Source: Octopus sinensis
Taxonomy: Eukaryota
DNA: 64,000 nt
Assembly: GCF_006345805.1 (NCBI RefSeq)
Contig: NC_043019.1
Span: forward strand, 30,813,360 to 30,877,359
Direction: 5' to 3'
Shown one piece after another: positions 13,619-25,993 of this stretch. Position numbers and translations under genes: made by a program. Positions within the stretch are counted from its first letter, which is position 1. Each line of letters starts with the position of its first letter. Under the pieces are notes generated by a model. It was not told the origin of the DNA. It was given only the letters and a program-made list of their open reading frames with translations, and did no database searches.

Positions 13619-14239
13619 GTTTGTGTATCTGTGTTTGTCTCCCCAACATCACTTGACAACCGATGCTGGTGTGTTTATGTCCCTGTAACTTAAGCAAATG
13701 AAGAGAAGACAGATAGGTCATGAACTAGCATAACTGAATGGTTAAGAGGCTTGCTTCTCAACTATGTGGTCTTGGGTTCAGTCCCATCGTATGGCTCTTT
13801 GAGCAAGTGCCTTCTACTATTTCTTCAAATCTAACTAAGTCTTGTGAGTGGATTTGATAGATAGAAACTGAAAGAAGTTTGTCATGTGTATGTGTGTGTG
13901 TGTATATATATATATATAAAGGAATACAAAAAATGGGACAAGAATGCAAAACATCTAGACAGTTAGATGATACAAAAGCGGGACAAGAAAAAAACAAGGT
14001 TGAGTCATTCAGAGTTTTCTTTCCTCAGTCGAGTTCCAGATTATCTTTGCAATTTCAGCTGGTTATACTCGAGATTGCTCTAATCTGGCCAGCCCCAAGG
14101 AAAAACTAAGGTAAGAGTGCTAGATTCCTTGGAAGAAATCAGAGAATGTATACGCACACAAGGATGGGAAAAAAACGCAAATAACAGGACATTAACAACA
14201 GGTGTCTTTCGCCTAAGGACAAATTAAATTGAGCTGGCG

Positions 14240-14275
<36 letters not shown>

Positions 14276-15671
14276 CAAATTTACAGAAAATAAAAGATGG
14301 AGAGAGGTGAGGGTACAGCAAGCAAGTGTATTATTTTAACGCTCAGGAAGAATGGCAAAGTCTTTGACGTTTCAAGCCTATGCTCTTTGACAGAAAGGAT
14401 TGAGAGGAAAAAAATGGAATGAGAACAAAATCATGGAGAGGAAAAAGTATATACATGTTTGTGTGTGTGTGTGTGTATGTGTGTGTGTATGTATCTTTAT
14501 GTATCTTTGTGTTTGTCCCTAATCACCACTTGACAACAGGCGTTTGTCTGTTTGCATCCCAGTAACTTAACAGTTCAGCAAAAAAGACCGATAAAATAAA
14601 TACCAGTTTTAGAAAAATTAATACTGGGCTCAATCTGTTTGCCTAAACCCTTGAAGGAGTTGCCCCAGCATGGTCACAGACTAACGTCTGAAACGAGTGA
14701 AAATACACAGGAAAGCCAGAACGGCTCAGTCTGTCCTGGCCTGTGGCTAAATAACAAAGAACAGACACTTATAAATTTTTTGAGAATTGATATCTCATAT
14801 AAAATACTCCTAGCTCGTTCCTGTCACCCCTACCACCCACCACCACCAGCACCAGCACCACCGGCACCAGCACCAGCACCACCACCAGCACCACCACCAA
14901 ATCAAGAGAGAATGTCAAAACAAATTTTCTCTGCGTCATTGAATAAAAGTTATGATTTATTTGGAATTATGAAACCCAATAAGAAAAGTTCTTCCATTAT
15001 ACAAAATTCTTTGGTTTTCTGTGTCTGTGTGTGTGTGTATGTGTGTGATTAATTTCATTGGAACATATTTATTCTTAGTGATATTGTCTGCAGAGTGTAT
15101 GTAAGTCTTGTAAAACGTGCTTGTTTTCTGGAGACATTCTTGTAGTCTTAATGCTATTACTGAATAGGATATATTCACGAACAAATGAATGGAACTCAAT
15201 AAATGTTTTTTTTTTATCTTTAAACTATTCTTGTTTGTATACTCTTTTACGCTTTTACTCTTTTACTTGTTTCAGTCATTTGACTGCGGCCATGCTGGAG
15301 CACCGCCTTTAATCGAGCAACTCGACCCCGGGACTTATTCTTTTGTAAGCCCAGTACTTATTTTATCTGTCTCTTTTGCCGAACCGCTAAGTAACGGGGA
15401 CATAAACACACCAGCATCGGTTGTCAAGCAATGCTAGGGGGACAAATACAGACCCACAAACACACACATGCATATATATATATATATACATATATACAAC
15501 GGGCTTCTTTCAGTTACCGTCTACCAAATCCACTCACAAGGCTTTGGTCGGCCCGAGGCTATAGTAGAAGACACTTGCCCAAGGTGCCACGCAGTGGGAC
15601 TGAACCCGGAACCATGTGGTTGGTAAACAAGCTACTTACCACACAGCCACTCCTAATTTTGTTATATATAC

Positions 15672-15707
<36 letters not shown>

Positions 15708-16597
15708 GTATGTATTTACTCATTTACACATTTACTTGTTTCAGTCATTTGACTGTGGCACCGCCTTTAGTTGAGGAAATCGACCTCAGGACTTATTTTT
15801 TGTAAGCCTAGTACTTATTCTATCAGTCTCTTTTGCCGAACCGCTAAGTTACGAGGATGTAAACACACCAGCATCGGTTGTCAAGCAATGGGGGGGGGAG
15901 ACAAACACAACACATAAACACATACATATATACGATGGGCTTCTTTCAGTTTCCGTCTACCAAATCCACTCACGAGGCTTTGGTCGGCCCGAGGCTATAG
16001 TAGAAGACACTTGCCCAAGGTGCCATGCAGTGGGACTGAACCCTGAACCATGTGATTTGTAAGTAAGCTACTTACCACACAGCCACTCCTACGCCTATGT
16101 ATATAAAATTAGCATACATTTAAACACAAGAGAGGTGACCCTTAACAGGCAGCCTTACATTCTCGAAGTAGAAGTCAAAACGACCAAAACCACATTTAAG
16201 AGCAATTTCGAAGGGAATGAAAAATAAAAAAAGTTTTACCTTGTATCTTTATAGCCATACCTAGGTTTCAAACTCTATTTTAGCAAATAAAATAATTTGC
16301 TAGGCGAAGTTCTCATCATTGGCTACGCCAAAACATTAACATATAATTTAGAGACAGAATATCATGTCTCATCATTATATATTATAATTTTTCAAATTCA
16401 CTGCAAGTGCAGTTTCAATTGGCAGGAAACCAACAAATTAATATCTATGCAATCCAGTAAGAAATAGCAGCCAAATATACACAAAATTATACTTTAGTGG
16501 ACTCCACTAAAATCATCCCGAATATTACGTGGTAATGTGTTAAATCAATTGAAAATGGATGAAGGTGTTGTTGACCTAGTTGTAGATGTGGTAGAGA

Positions 16598-17128
16598 TGT
16601 TTGTAGAGAGCAGAGGCATTGGAGGAACTTGTAAAGAACGGAGGAATTTGTAGAGAGTGGAGGCACTTGTAGAGAATGGAGGCATTTGTAGAGAGTGGAG
16701 GCACTTGTAGTGAATGGAGGCATTTGTAGTGAGTGGAAGCATTTGAAGAAAGCCGAAGCATTTGTAGAGAGTGGAGGCATTTGTAGTGAGTGGAAGCATT
16801 TGAAGAAAGCTGAAGCATTTGTAGAGAGTGGAGGCATTTGTAGAGAATAGAGGCATTTGTAGTGAGTGGAAGCATTTGAAGAAAGCTGAAGTATTTGTAG
16901 AGAGTAGATGCATTTGTAGAGAGTGGAGGCATTTGTAGTGAGTGGAAGCATTTGAAGAAAGCTGAAGCATTTGTAGAGAGTGGAGGCATTTGTAGAGAAT
17001 GGAGGCATTTGTAGTGAGTGGAAGCATTTGAAGAAAGCTGAAGTATTTGTAGAGAGTAGATGCATTTGTAGAGAGTGGAGGAACTTGTAGTAAAGAGCAA
17101 GGAAATTTGTAGAGATAAAAGCATTTGT
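16598..17128. repeat. 19-bp minisatellite with higher-order variants
   Basis: Unit GTGGAGGCATTTGTAGAGA, with variants GTGGAAGCATTTGAAGAAA and GCTGAAGCATTTGTAGAGA recurring in blocks. Confidence 0.95.
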
Positions 17129-18079
17129 AGCCAGGTTAGCAGCTCCCTTGTTTTTATTTACACTGCAGAAGGCTACAAACCTGTAACAGACTTTAGATTC
17201 TTAATGGTAAGCAAATGTAATGACATTCTGTACACTCTCACTTGCAAGGCATTTTGTCTTGTACTAACATTTCTCTTATATCTCTAATCTGATTACATGA
17301 ATAATAATTTATTTAACTATTGACTAAGTTAATTCTCAAAGATCTGAAATATCACTGGCAGAATTAGTCTCCACAAGTACATCATTAGTAATTATGTTAT
17401 AAAACCCCAGAGTGACAGGACACAAAGTTTACAATGGAGCATAATTAAAACTTATTGAGGTGTAGATTTGGTAGTGTGGTTAAGAAGCTTGCTTGTCAAA
17501 ACCATGTGGTCTCAGGTTCAGTCCCACTGCACAGCATCTTGGGTAAGTGTCTTCTACAATAGCTCCAGGTTTACCAAAGCTTTGAAGCCTGTTATGGAAC
17601 TTAGTGGTTTGGCAAAAGAGACCAACAAAATAAATACCATCATCATCATCATCATCATCATCATTGTTTAACATCCGCTTTCCATGCTAGCATGGGTTGG
17701 ATGATTTGACTGAGGACTGGCGAACCAGATGGCTGCACCAGGCTCCAATCTTGATTTGGCAGAGTTTCTACAGCTGGATGCCCTTCCTAACGCCAACCAC
17801 TCCAAGAGTGTAGTGGGTGCTTTTACATGCCACTGTCATGAGGGCCAGTCAGGCGGTACTGGCAATGGCCAAGCTCAAATGGTGTTTTTTATGTGCCACC
17901 TGCACAGGAGCCAGTCCAGCGGCACTGGCAACGACCTTACTCGAATGGTTTTTCACGTGTACCATGTTTAAAACAATAAATAAGTACTTGGGTTGATTCA
18001 TTCGATTAAAAGTTATTCAAGGTGGTGCCCCAGCATGGCCACAGTCTAATGACTGAAACAAGTAAAAGATAACTATCCA

Positions 18080-18340
18080 GAGGGAAATGTATTTATTAAC
18101 AACTGTATAAACTCACAGGTTTTTGACCTGTAACTAGTTTGATACGTGCCTACGCACAAAACTCTTGGACCTTGAGCCACTCGGCTACTATAGTGTCTAC
18201 TCTTCACTACCAGTGAACTAAGGTAACAGCCTTTATTTTTTGAGCACCAACCAGTGTATTTGAGCGGTTCCAAGCAGTGCTGTTTTCTGCAAGTGCTCCA
18301 CCCTTATTGTAGCCCCTATTTGTACCATGTACTTCTCGAG
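18080..18340 (-). pseudogene. Dong/R4-like non-LTR retrotransposon 3' relic
   Basis: LEKYMVQIGATIRVEHLQKTALLGTAQI matches the QK..LLGTA.I C-terminal motif of REL-type elements. Confidence 0.65.
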
Positions 18341-19487
18341 ATTATTATTGAGTGAGAGAGCAGTGCATGCCATCAAAGTGACACTGGGGTAAAATATATG
18401 AAGCCCAGTATACTCATCATGACTACCTGTCTGATAAGGGTACACTAGGCACATGCATCACAACCATGTGTGCACAACATGGTGATCTCATATCAAGATA
18501 AACAGCACATGACCTTGCAAGTGGGGCTCAGTTAGAATTTTCTTCTGGTCGAGTAACCCATCCCGCTCAAAAGATCCCTGAATAAGGATGTTGAATGAAA
18601 CACTTATGTTTCCAGAGGTGAATTATTCGAACCCCAAAGAATCCCTCTCAATACATGGCTATGATGCTCAAGGGAATCGTGCCAGTGACCAAGTTAGTGA
18701 ATGGAGTAAAGCTTTTCAATATATCATCATCACCATCATCATCATCATCATCATTTAATGTCCGTTTTCCATGCTGGCATTGATTGGACAGTTTACCAAA
18801 ATTGGTAATCCAGGGAGCTGCACCATGTTCAAATTGTCTGTTTCGGCATGGCTTCTACAGCTGGATGCCTTCTTAATGCCAACCTCTTTACAGAATGAAC
18901 TGGGTGCTTTCTATGTGGCATCAACATGGTTGTTTTTGTGTGTGGCACCAGCATAGGTGGTTTTTATGTGGCACCAGCACAGGTGGTTTTATGTGGCACC
19001 AGTATAGGTCGTTTTTATGTGGCACCAGCATAGATGGTTTTTATGTGGTACTAGTACAGGTGCTTTTTACAGGACACCAGCAGCAGCAGGTTGCCAAGTA
19101 GCTTGCAAGACAGAGACCTTTCAGCTGAGAGAGGGAGTGGAATTGAAAAAAGTAGTTGTGTACCTGGTGAGAGGTAGAAGTATGATAGAGGGACAGAGAC
19201 AGTTGTCTTACCAGAGGGGAGATACTTGGCTATCCCAGTAGGACAAAGGAGAGGAAGATGAAAGAGTGAAAGATATAGAGATAGAGTGAGAGAGAAATAG
19301 AGAGAGAGTGAGGACCTACCCACTATAAACAGTGGTGGGTGTGCAACATGAACATTTGAGGGAATAGAGGGGAATGTTCCATAAGAATGTAGTGGGAGGT
19401 GTTTAGAGACACCAAGTGTTGGTGAGAGGAATTGGAATGGCCAAGGGTGGGTAATAAAGAGATAAATGAAAAGCGAATGCAATAGAG

Positions 19488-20030
19488 TCGAAGGTTATAA
19501 TGGACACAGGTTCATGTGTCACACAGCTAGCTAGAGGCGATGGCCTCTTAGTGCTAATCAGTGGCAACATTTGTCCTATATTTCTGGACTGCCATATTAG
19601 CTTGGCAATAACTATTAATATCCAGTACTGCTGCTGTAGTCTCCTTTAGAGAGACTTAGAAATATTAATATTTCTATTTTTGAAAACCAGTGGATATATT
19701 CCACTGAATTTCGGTAAATAATCCTTCGAACAGATGGTTAGTAGCGACGCCTGCTGGGTTTGGATGCTCTGCATTGACAAGGGGCAAATACCCTGAATCT
19801 AGTCTGCAGATAACTGACCAGCAAGGGGAAGTGGCTGACCTCCCCTGTTCGAAGGTTATAATGGACACAGGTTCGTGTGTCACATAGCTAGCTTGAGGCG
19901 ATGGCCTCTTGGAGCTAATCAGTGGCAGCATTCGTCCTATATTTCTGGATTGCCATATTAGCTTGGCAATAACTATTAATATCCAGTACCGCTTTGGAGA
20001 GACTAAGAAATAATAATAATATTTCTGTTT
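19488..20030 (+). mobile_element. ~1.5 head-to-tail copies of a 361-bp structured hammerhead-bearing unit (retrozyme/PLE-like)
   Basis: tcgaaggttataatggacac recurs at 19488 and 19849. The unit contains a hammerhead at 19768-19810 and several hairpins. Confidence 0.7.
19768..19810 (+). ncRNA. Type I hammerhead motif with U3:A8 core
   Basis: UCUGCA-UUGACAA-GGGG(CAAAUA)CCCU-GAAU-CUAG-UC-UGCAGA. 6-bp stem I, palindromic CUAG; position 15.1 is U instead of A. Confidence 0.65.
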
Positions 20031-20433
20031 TTCTTTCCTTTTTACTCTTGTTGTTGATCTTAAAATGATTAAAATGACTCTTCCATGATGCAATTGTTCC
20101 ATTTCCAGTCATTTGGCAAACAATTAATAGCTCTGAAATATTTAATGAAGTGTGTGAGAGTATATGAGTATATGTATTGTGAAGGCATGTGGCCTAGTGG
20201 TCTGAGTTCAAAATTCCACCATGGTCAACTTTCACCTTCACCCTATCAAGGTCAAGTATATAAGTACCAGTTGAACACTGGGGTTGATGTTATCAACTTA
20301 CCCCCCCCCCCGTAATTGCTGGCCTTGTGCCAAAAATTGAAACCAATATATCAAAAGTGAGATTTGAAGATTGTTATTACACACTTTCAGTGTAAATAGA
20401 AAGATCTTGTTTAAATTAAATTAAATTGCTTAC

Positions 20434-20573
20434 GCTTTTAATGGTGTTGTAGTAGTTGGTATTTTTGTCGTTGTTGTTGTTGGCCTTGTTTGGTTTAAGG
20501 CTTCTACATTCTTGTGTGTTTTCCCAGTAACATGTATTCCAACACCAACTCCTATAGCTGTGCAAAGAAGAGT
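20434..20573 (-). CDS. Exon of ENPP-like gene: end of TM helix and Thr-rich stalk (TLLCTAIGVGVGIHVTGKTHKNVEALNQTRPTTTTTKIPTTTTPLK)
   Basis: 140-nt exon with acceptor ttcttctgtgttgcag and donor GC|gtaagc. It starts in phase 0 and ends in phase 2, compatible with the phase-2 start of the 12364 exon (GC|T = Ala). Contains an NQT sequon. Confidence 0.75.
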
Positions 20574-21767
20574 CTGCAACACAGAAGAAATAGGAAATTT
20601 GAAATTTGCAAAAAAAAAAGAAAAGAAAAAAAACAACAGGAAAAAAGTGCTACATTTGAAGTAAAAGTTGTTTGCTTGGAATTACATTTTTGGTGTAAAG
20701 TGTTCGAAATTTTCAACAGACAGGAAATTAGAGAAACCAGAGAAAAAGGGGAAAAGAAAAAAAACATAACATATTCTTTAAGAAGAAAATAATTTAAAGA
20801 ATTCAAGTGAAAGACTGAAAACCAAGAAGTGAAATGATATTCTAATATATTCAAATCGAAATAAATTCTGTGAGGAGTTTTCTTCATAACCAGGTGTTTC
20901 TTGGTAGAATCCCATATAAAATAATTGTTATAATATCGACAGATATGGAAAGAGAATTTATAACCTATTCTGTAGCACCTCTGACAACTAGCTTCCGCTG
21001 TAAGCTTAATCAATAATTTGCACGTAGAATTGATAGACAAAATTGTGCAGCAGCACCTGGCTCTTCCTCTGTCTCTCTCTCTCTCTCTCTATACATACAT
21101 TTATATATATATATAATAATAATATAAATAATATGTATATATCATTTATATTATATAACTGTACACCACGCATCTTCCTCCAAGTAAGTTTTATCTTAAT
21201 AATTCTGATGCGCACTCTATACAATCTTTTTATTCTTTCATTTCTCTCTCTTATTCTTTTACCTCCACTTCTCAATTCTCTATCTCCCTCACTCACATGG
21301 CTCCCAGGGGACCATCGGCCATCTTTCTTTCTTTCTCTCCATTGTAGCTGGAACAAGGAAGACGTGTTCTTGTTTGTCGCCTGTCCAAGCTTGATTTACG
21401 CATTCACCACCACAACCTTGTTTAGGCTTAGCAGCCCTTCCCGTTTGTTTTCACTGTCCTATTTGTGTTACCTAAAATTCCAAATTTTATTTAATTTGCT
21501 TTGCAGGAGCAACTGTTTTATCGAAAGCATATATTGTTGTTAAATGCTCGAAATACGAGACTAGAAAAACAGCCAACACCTGATAATGGGCCGTTCTTTA
21601 TATTTGTTTTGTTTTCCATTTGTGTTCTTCATTGTTTGAAAGAATAGTTCATGTTCCATGTACTTGTACTTTGTACACTTTTGTTGTACATATTTCATGA
21701 CGTCCTGCGCCCACATATGCATATATATACATATTGATGTAAGTATGTACACATATGTATGTATATA

Positions 21768-21826
<59 letters not shown>

Positions 21827-21887
21827 TATATTATTATATGATCGAATGTCATACATCCTCTTCCAAGTAAGTTTTATATATATATGC

Positions 21888-21923
<36 letters not shown>

Positions 21924-21930
21924 ATATATA

Positions 21931-21995
21931 TAATACAAAATTAGAAAATGGAGAAACATACTTAAGTATGTTTCTCCATTTCTAATTTTGTATTA
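21931..21995. repeat. Near-perfect palindrome next to (TA)n
   Basis: Centred on CTTAAG (21961-21966), with one 1-nt indel. Confidence 0.85.
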
Positions 21996-23426
21996 TTAAT
22001 TCACGGTAATATTTTTACCTTTGCCCACATAATACAGTAGATGAATTAATTGCACCGCAGTTTTTAACATTTATGTATTAGTCTTGTTGGGTACCTCTCT
22101 AGCAGTATATTGGATATATGTTATCCCATGGTGGGTTGAATTTTCAACCCCTATCTCATTTTATATATATATATATATTGAGTGATGTTTCTCTGTTACT
22201 TTTTTATGTTCCTTAACTCCTCCTCGACCATTGGTGTAAGGACAATGAAAGTCAAACCAGCAACTCCCATAATCTCAGGGAATGTCCAAACAGGGTCTCT
22301 TTTTTTTAAGGGCCACCTAATTGTGGCCACACAGGCCCCCCCCCACCTATTTTTATTGCATTTTAAACTAAATACATGGCATTGGTGTCCAAACCAGAGC
22401 AATAACAATGAATATCATACCATGAACTTCCAGGGAGAATCGTAAGGAGGCTCAATTTCTGAAGGGCCGCTTAAACAGGGTCCCCAGCATCAGTACTTAG
22501 CACATTTGCAGAAATAAGTTTGGGCATTCTAAATACCTTTACATACATTCAAATCGAGATAAAGAGTTATAACAGGTACGTTTCAAGTGTGGTAGTGTGG
22601 ATATTTATATTTTGTAGTTTATGAAACTTCTGTCTAGGTGGAAAACTAATCTTTTTGTTCTGGTTACATATTGGTGCTGAGATAGGTGGGATCCATTTTC
22701 CATGTTTCTTTTTTTTTTCTTTCTTTTATTTTATTCTGACAATGAAAATTTGCGACACTTTCACGGAATTATATGTGCTTCCAAACTCACTGTAGTAATT
22801 AATTCACTTCATGTCTTTAAACTTGAACCCCCATTCGTACTAAGCAAGTGAAATGTTTACGGAGTGGTTGGCGTTAGGAAGGGCATCCAGCCGTAGAAAC
22901 ACTGCCAGATCAGACTGGGCCTGATGCAGCCTTCTGGCTTCACAGACCCCAGTTGAACCGTCCAACCCATGCTAGCATGGAAAACGGACGCTAAATGATG
23001 ATGATGATGATATCATCATCATCATCATAGCTATCATAATTTTTCCATCATTTCACTCTTTCTGAAAAAATATCAAAACGAGCTTGAGATAAAATGAATA
23101 GATTCCATTTCATCCCAATCTCATTCTAACTTCTATAAAAATCTTTAATGTGGATACTATAACTGGAACAGGGAAATTAATTTTCTATTTAGACATAAGT
23201 GTCATAAACTACAAAATGTAAATATCCACACTACCACACTGTAACCGGAACTGGCCTCACTGACCCCTACCCACTATTTTTACTGCATTTACATTGCTCC
23301 TACCATTATTAATTAAACTATGATACCAGATAATTAATACCTGGAGATACATATACAATGAATGTGTTTGAGTCCATTACAACACACAAGGGTAGACAGC
23401 TGTGAAGCGGCCTGATAATATATATA

Positions 23427-23494
<68 letters not shown>

Positions 23495-23962
23495 ATAGTA
23501 ATTAGGAAGGCAGACAAATCACAGATCCCTTCAGATAGATGGTACTCAATCTATAAGAAAGGCTAAGGTAGAAACTCCATAAGATATACCTGGTGTAAGC
23601 TATGGACACATTAGAAGTGCAGCAATATCAAAGGAAGGTTAACTGAGAAGATAGTTTTTGTGTGTGGCAATACACAGGGGCAATAAACACTGAAGATATA
23701 CAGAAAACAGATTCCGTCACATGCCAAAGGGAAAAACTAGAAGTAGTTGATAGCTTCTGTTACCTAGGTGACAAAGTCAGTAGTGGGGATGGATGTTCTG
23801 ATAGCATAGCTGCTTGAATAAGAATAGCCTGGGCAAAGTTCAAAGAGCTCCTACCTCTGCTGGTAACAAAGGGCCTGTTTCTCAGAGTGAAAGGTAGACT
23901 GTACGATGCTTGTGTGTGGACAGCCAGCATGAAAAGCGGACATTAAACGATGATGATGATGA
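23495..23962 (+). pseudogene. RTE-clade LINE reverse-transcriptase C-terminal relic with (GAT)n tail
   Basis: LEVVDSFCYLGDKVSSGDGCSDSIAA*IRIAWAKFKELLPLL..KGRLYDACV with an in-frame stop. The 3' end aaagcggacattaaacgatgatgatg is shared with the Meta-type SINE tail. Confidence 0.8.
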
Positions 23963-23976
23963 TATAACTGAAAAGA

Positions 23977-24276
23977 TTGGAATCAACAAGAAGGGGTACA
24001 GTTGAATATTTATTTTTTAATCACTACAATTGTTTCCACGCAGTGTAATTCTCCAGGCATGCTGGTAGTTGATTATGCAACTGTTTCCCTGCATTGTGAG
24101 ATCTAGTTGTATTTCCTCAGGAAGAATATCACCTGATGAAATGCATCTAGATCTCATAATGCAAAGAAACATTTGCATAATCAACTATAAGCATGCCTGG
24201 AGAATTACATTGCGTGGAAACGATTGTAGTGATTAAAAAATAAATATTCAACTGTACTCCTTCTTGTTGATTCCAA
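23977..24276. mobile_element. Inverted-repeat Penelope-like module with a hammerhead in the right arm
   Basis: Arms ~23977-24120 and ~24132-24276 are diverged reverse complements. AATAAA at 24239-24244 follows the ribozyme motif. Confidence 0.7.
24128..24233 (+). ncRNA. Type I hammerhead motif with an enlarged (77-nt) stem II region
   Basis: AUCAC-CUGAUGA-[24140-24216]-GAAA-C(GAUU)G-UA-GUGAU. The mirror arm has palindromic C(AAUU)G. Confidence 0.65.
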
Positions 24277-24680
24277 CTTTACATATATCTATTCTCACAT
24301 GACAGATTGTTGACATGTGGGATTCGTGCATGAAAAAGTGATGGAAAATAAACAAACTACATCAGTTTAAATATAACTGAGACATTTTTGAACTGATTTA
24401 GAATTTGTTTACACACACACACACAAACATAAATATTGCTCTTACATTATATCACTCCTCAAAATCCTTAAAGTGCAAACTACATTAAAGTGACATTAAA
24501 ATGTTTATTTTTAATAATTCTTGCATCTTCAGACATTTCATTCGAATGGGAAGTAAGCAACAAAACTGAAAGCTTGGAAGTAAGTGCCTCGAAGAATTCT
24601 TCTCTATTTCAACAATGTTTATTGTATGCTTGGCAATTATATTAACAGACAGTAATTGTAGAATTACTGACACTTGAACG

Positions 24681-25150
24681 ATCTCTCTAGATCTCTCTCT
24701 CTCCTTCTCTCTCTCACTCTCTCTCTCACTCTCTCTCTAGCTCTCTCTCTCTCTCTCTGTCTCTAGCTCCCCCTCTCTCTCCCAAGCTCCCTCTCTCTCT
24801 AGCTCTCACTCTCTCTAGCTCTCACTCTCTCTCTCTAGCTCTCACTCTCTCTCTCTTGCTCTCACTCTCTCTCTAGCTCTCTCTCCCTCTCTCTCGCTCA
24901 CTCTCTTTTCTAGCTATCTCTCTCTCTCTAGCTCTCACTCTCTCTCTAGTTCTCTCTCTCACTAGCTCTCTCTCCCTCTCTCTCCCTCTCTCTCCCTCTC
25001 TCTCTCTTTCTAGCTCTCTCTCTCTCTAGCTCTCTCTCTCTCTAGCTCTCTCTCTCTCTCTAGCTCTCTCTCTCTCTAGCTCTCACTCCCTCTCTCTCTA
25101 GCTCTCTCCCTCTCTTTCTCTCTCTCTAGCTCTCTCTCCCTCTCTCTTTC
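24681..25150. repeat. (CT)n low-complexity tract punctuated by CTAG
   Basis: ~470-bp polypyrimidine strand with recurring ctctctctagct units. Confidence 0.95.
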
Positions 25151-25242
25151 AGTGTGTGTATATAACCAAAGGAGAAGATGAATAAGAGGAAGACAATATC
25201 ATATATTTATCAAAATATACTACTGGTTTTAATTGTTTAAGC

Positions 25243-25993
25243 CATAGGTTCTCAAAGTGGGTGCTACTGCTACTCCTCCAACGAATGTCAAGATGGTTCA
25301 GGTGGGCGCTGGTGCCTAAGGGGCGGTGGGTGGGTAGGAAAAAAGAAGGCATTGGGAAGAAGGCAATGGATTGGGGGGACACAATGAATTTATTATAATA
25401 TTACTATATTATTGTATACAAATTATATATTATATTAAATATCAAATGATTCATAGTATATATAAATTAGTAAATACAAAGTATTTATAGGCGCAGGAGT
25501 GGCTGTGTGGTAAGTAGTTTGCTTACCAACCACATGGTTCCAGGTTCAGTCCCACTGTGTGGTACCTTCGTCGAGTGTCTTCTACTATAGCCTCAGGCCA
25601 ACCAGAGCCTTGTGAGTGGATTTGGTAGACAGAAACTGAAAGAAGTCCGTCGTATATATGTGTATATATATTATATATATATATATATATATAGATATAT
25701 ATATATGTATGTATGTGTGTATATGTTTGTGTGTCTGTGTTTGTCCCACCAACATCACTTGACAACCAATGCTGGTGTGTTTACGTCCCTGTCACTTAGC
25801 GGCTCGGCAAGAGAGACTGATAGAATAAGTACTAGGCTTACAAAGAATAAGTCCTGGTGTTGCTCGACAAAAGGCGGTCAAATGACTGAAACAAATAGAA
25901 GAATAAAAGAATATCTATTTATGCATAAAAATAGGGGTGGGGGCGCTGAGGGCCATGAGGTGGGCAGTGGCCCAAAATGTTTGAGAACCTCTG
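25243..25993. mobile_element. hAT-like MITE with a SINE inserted
   Basis: TIRs cataggttctcaaa / tttgagaacctctg and a perfect 8-bp TSD GTTTAAGC (25235-25242, 25994-26001). The SINE is at ~25488-25910. Confidence 0.8.
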
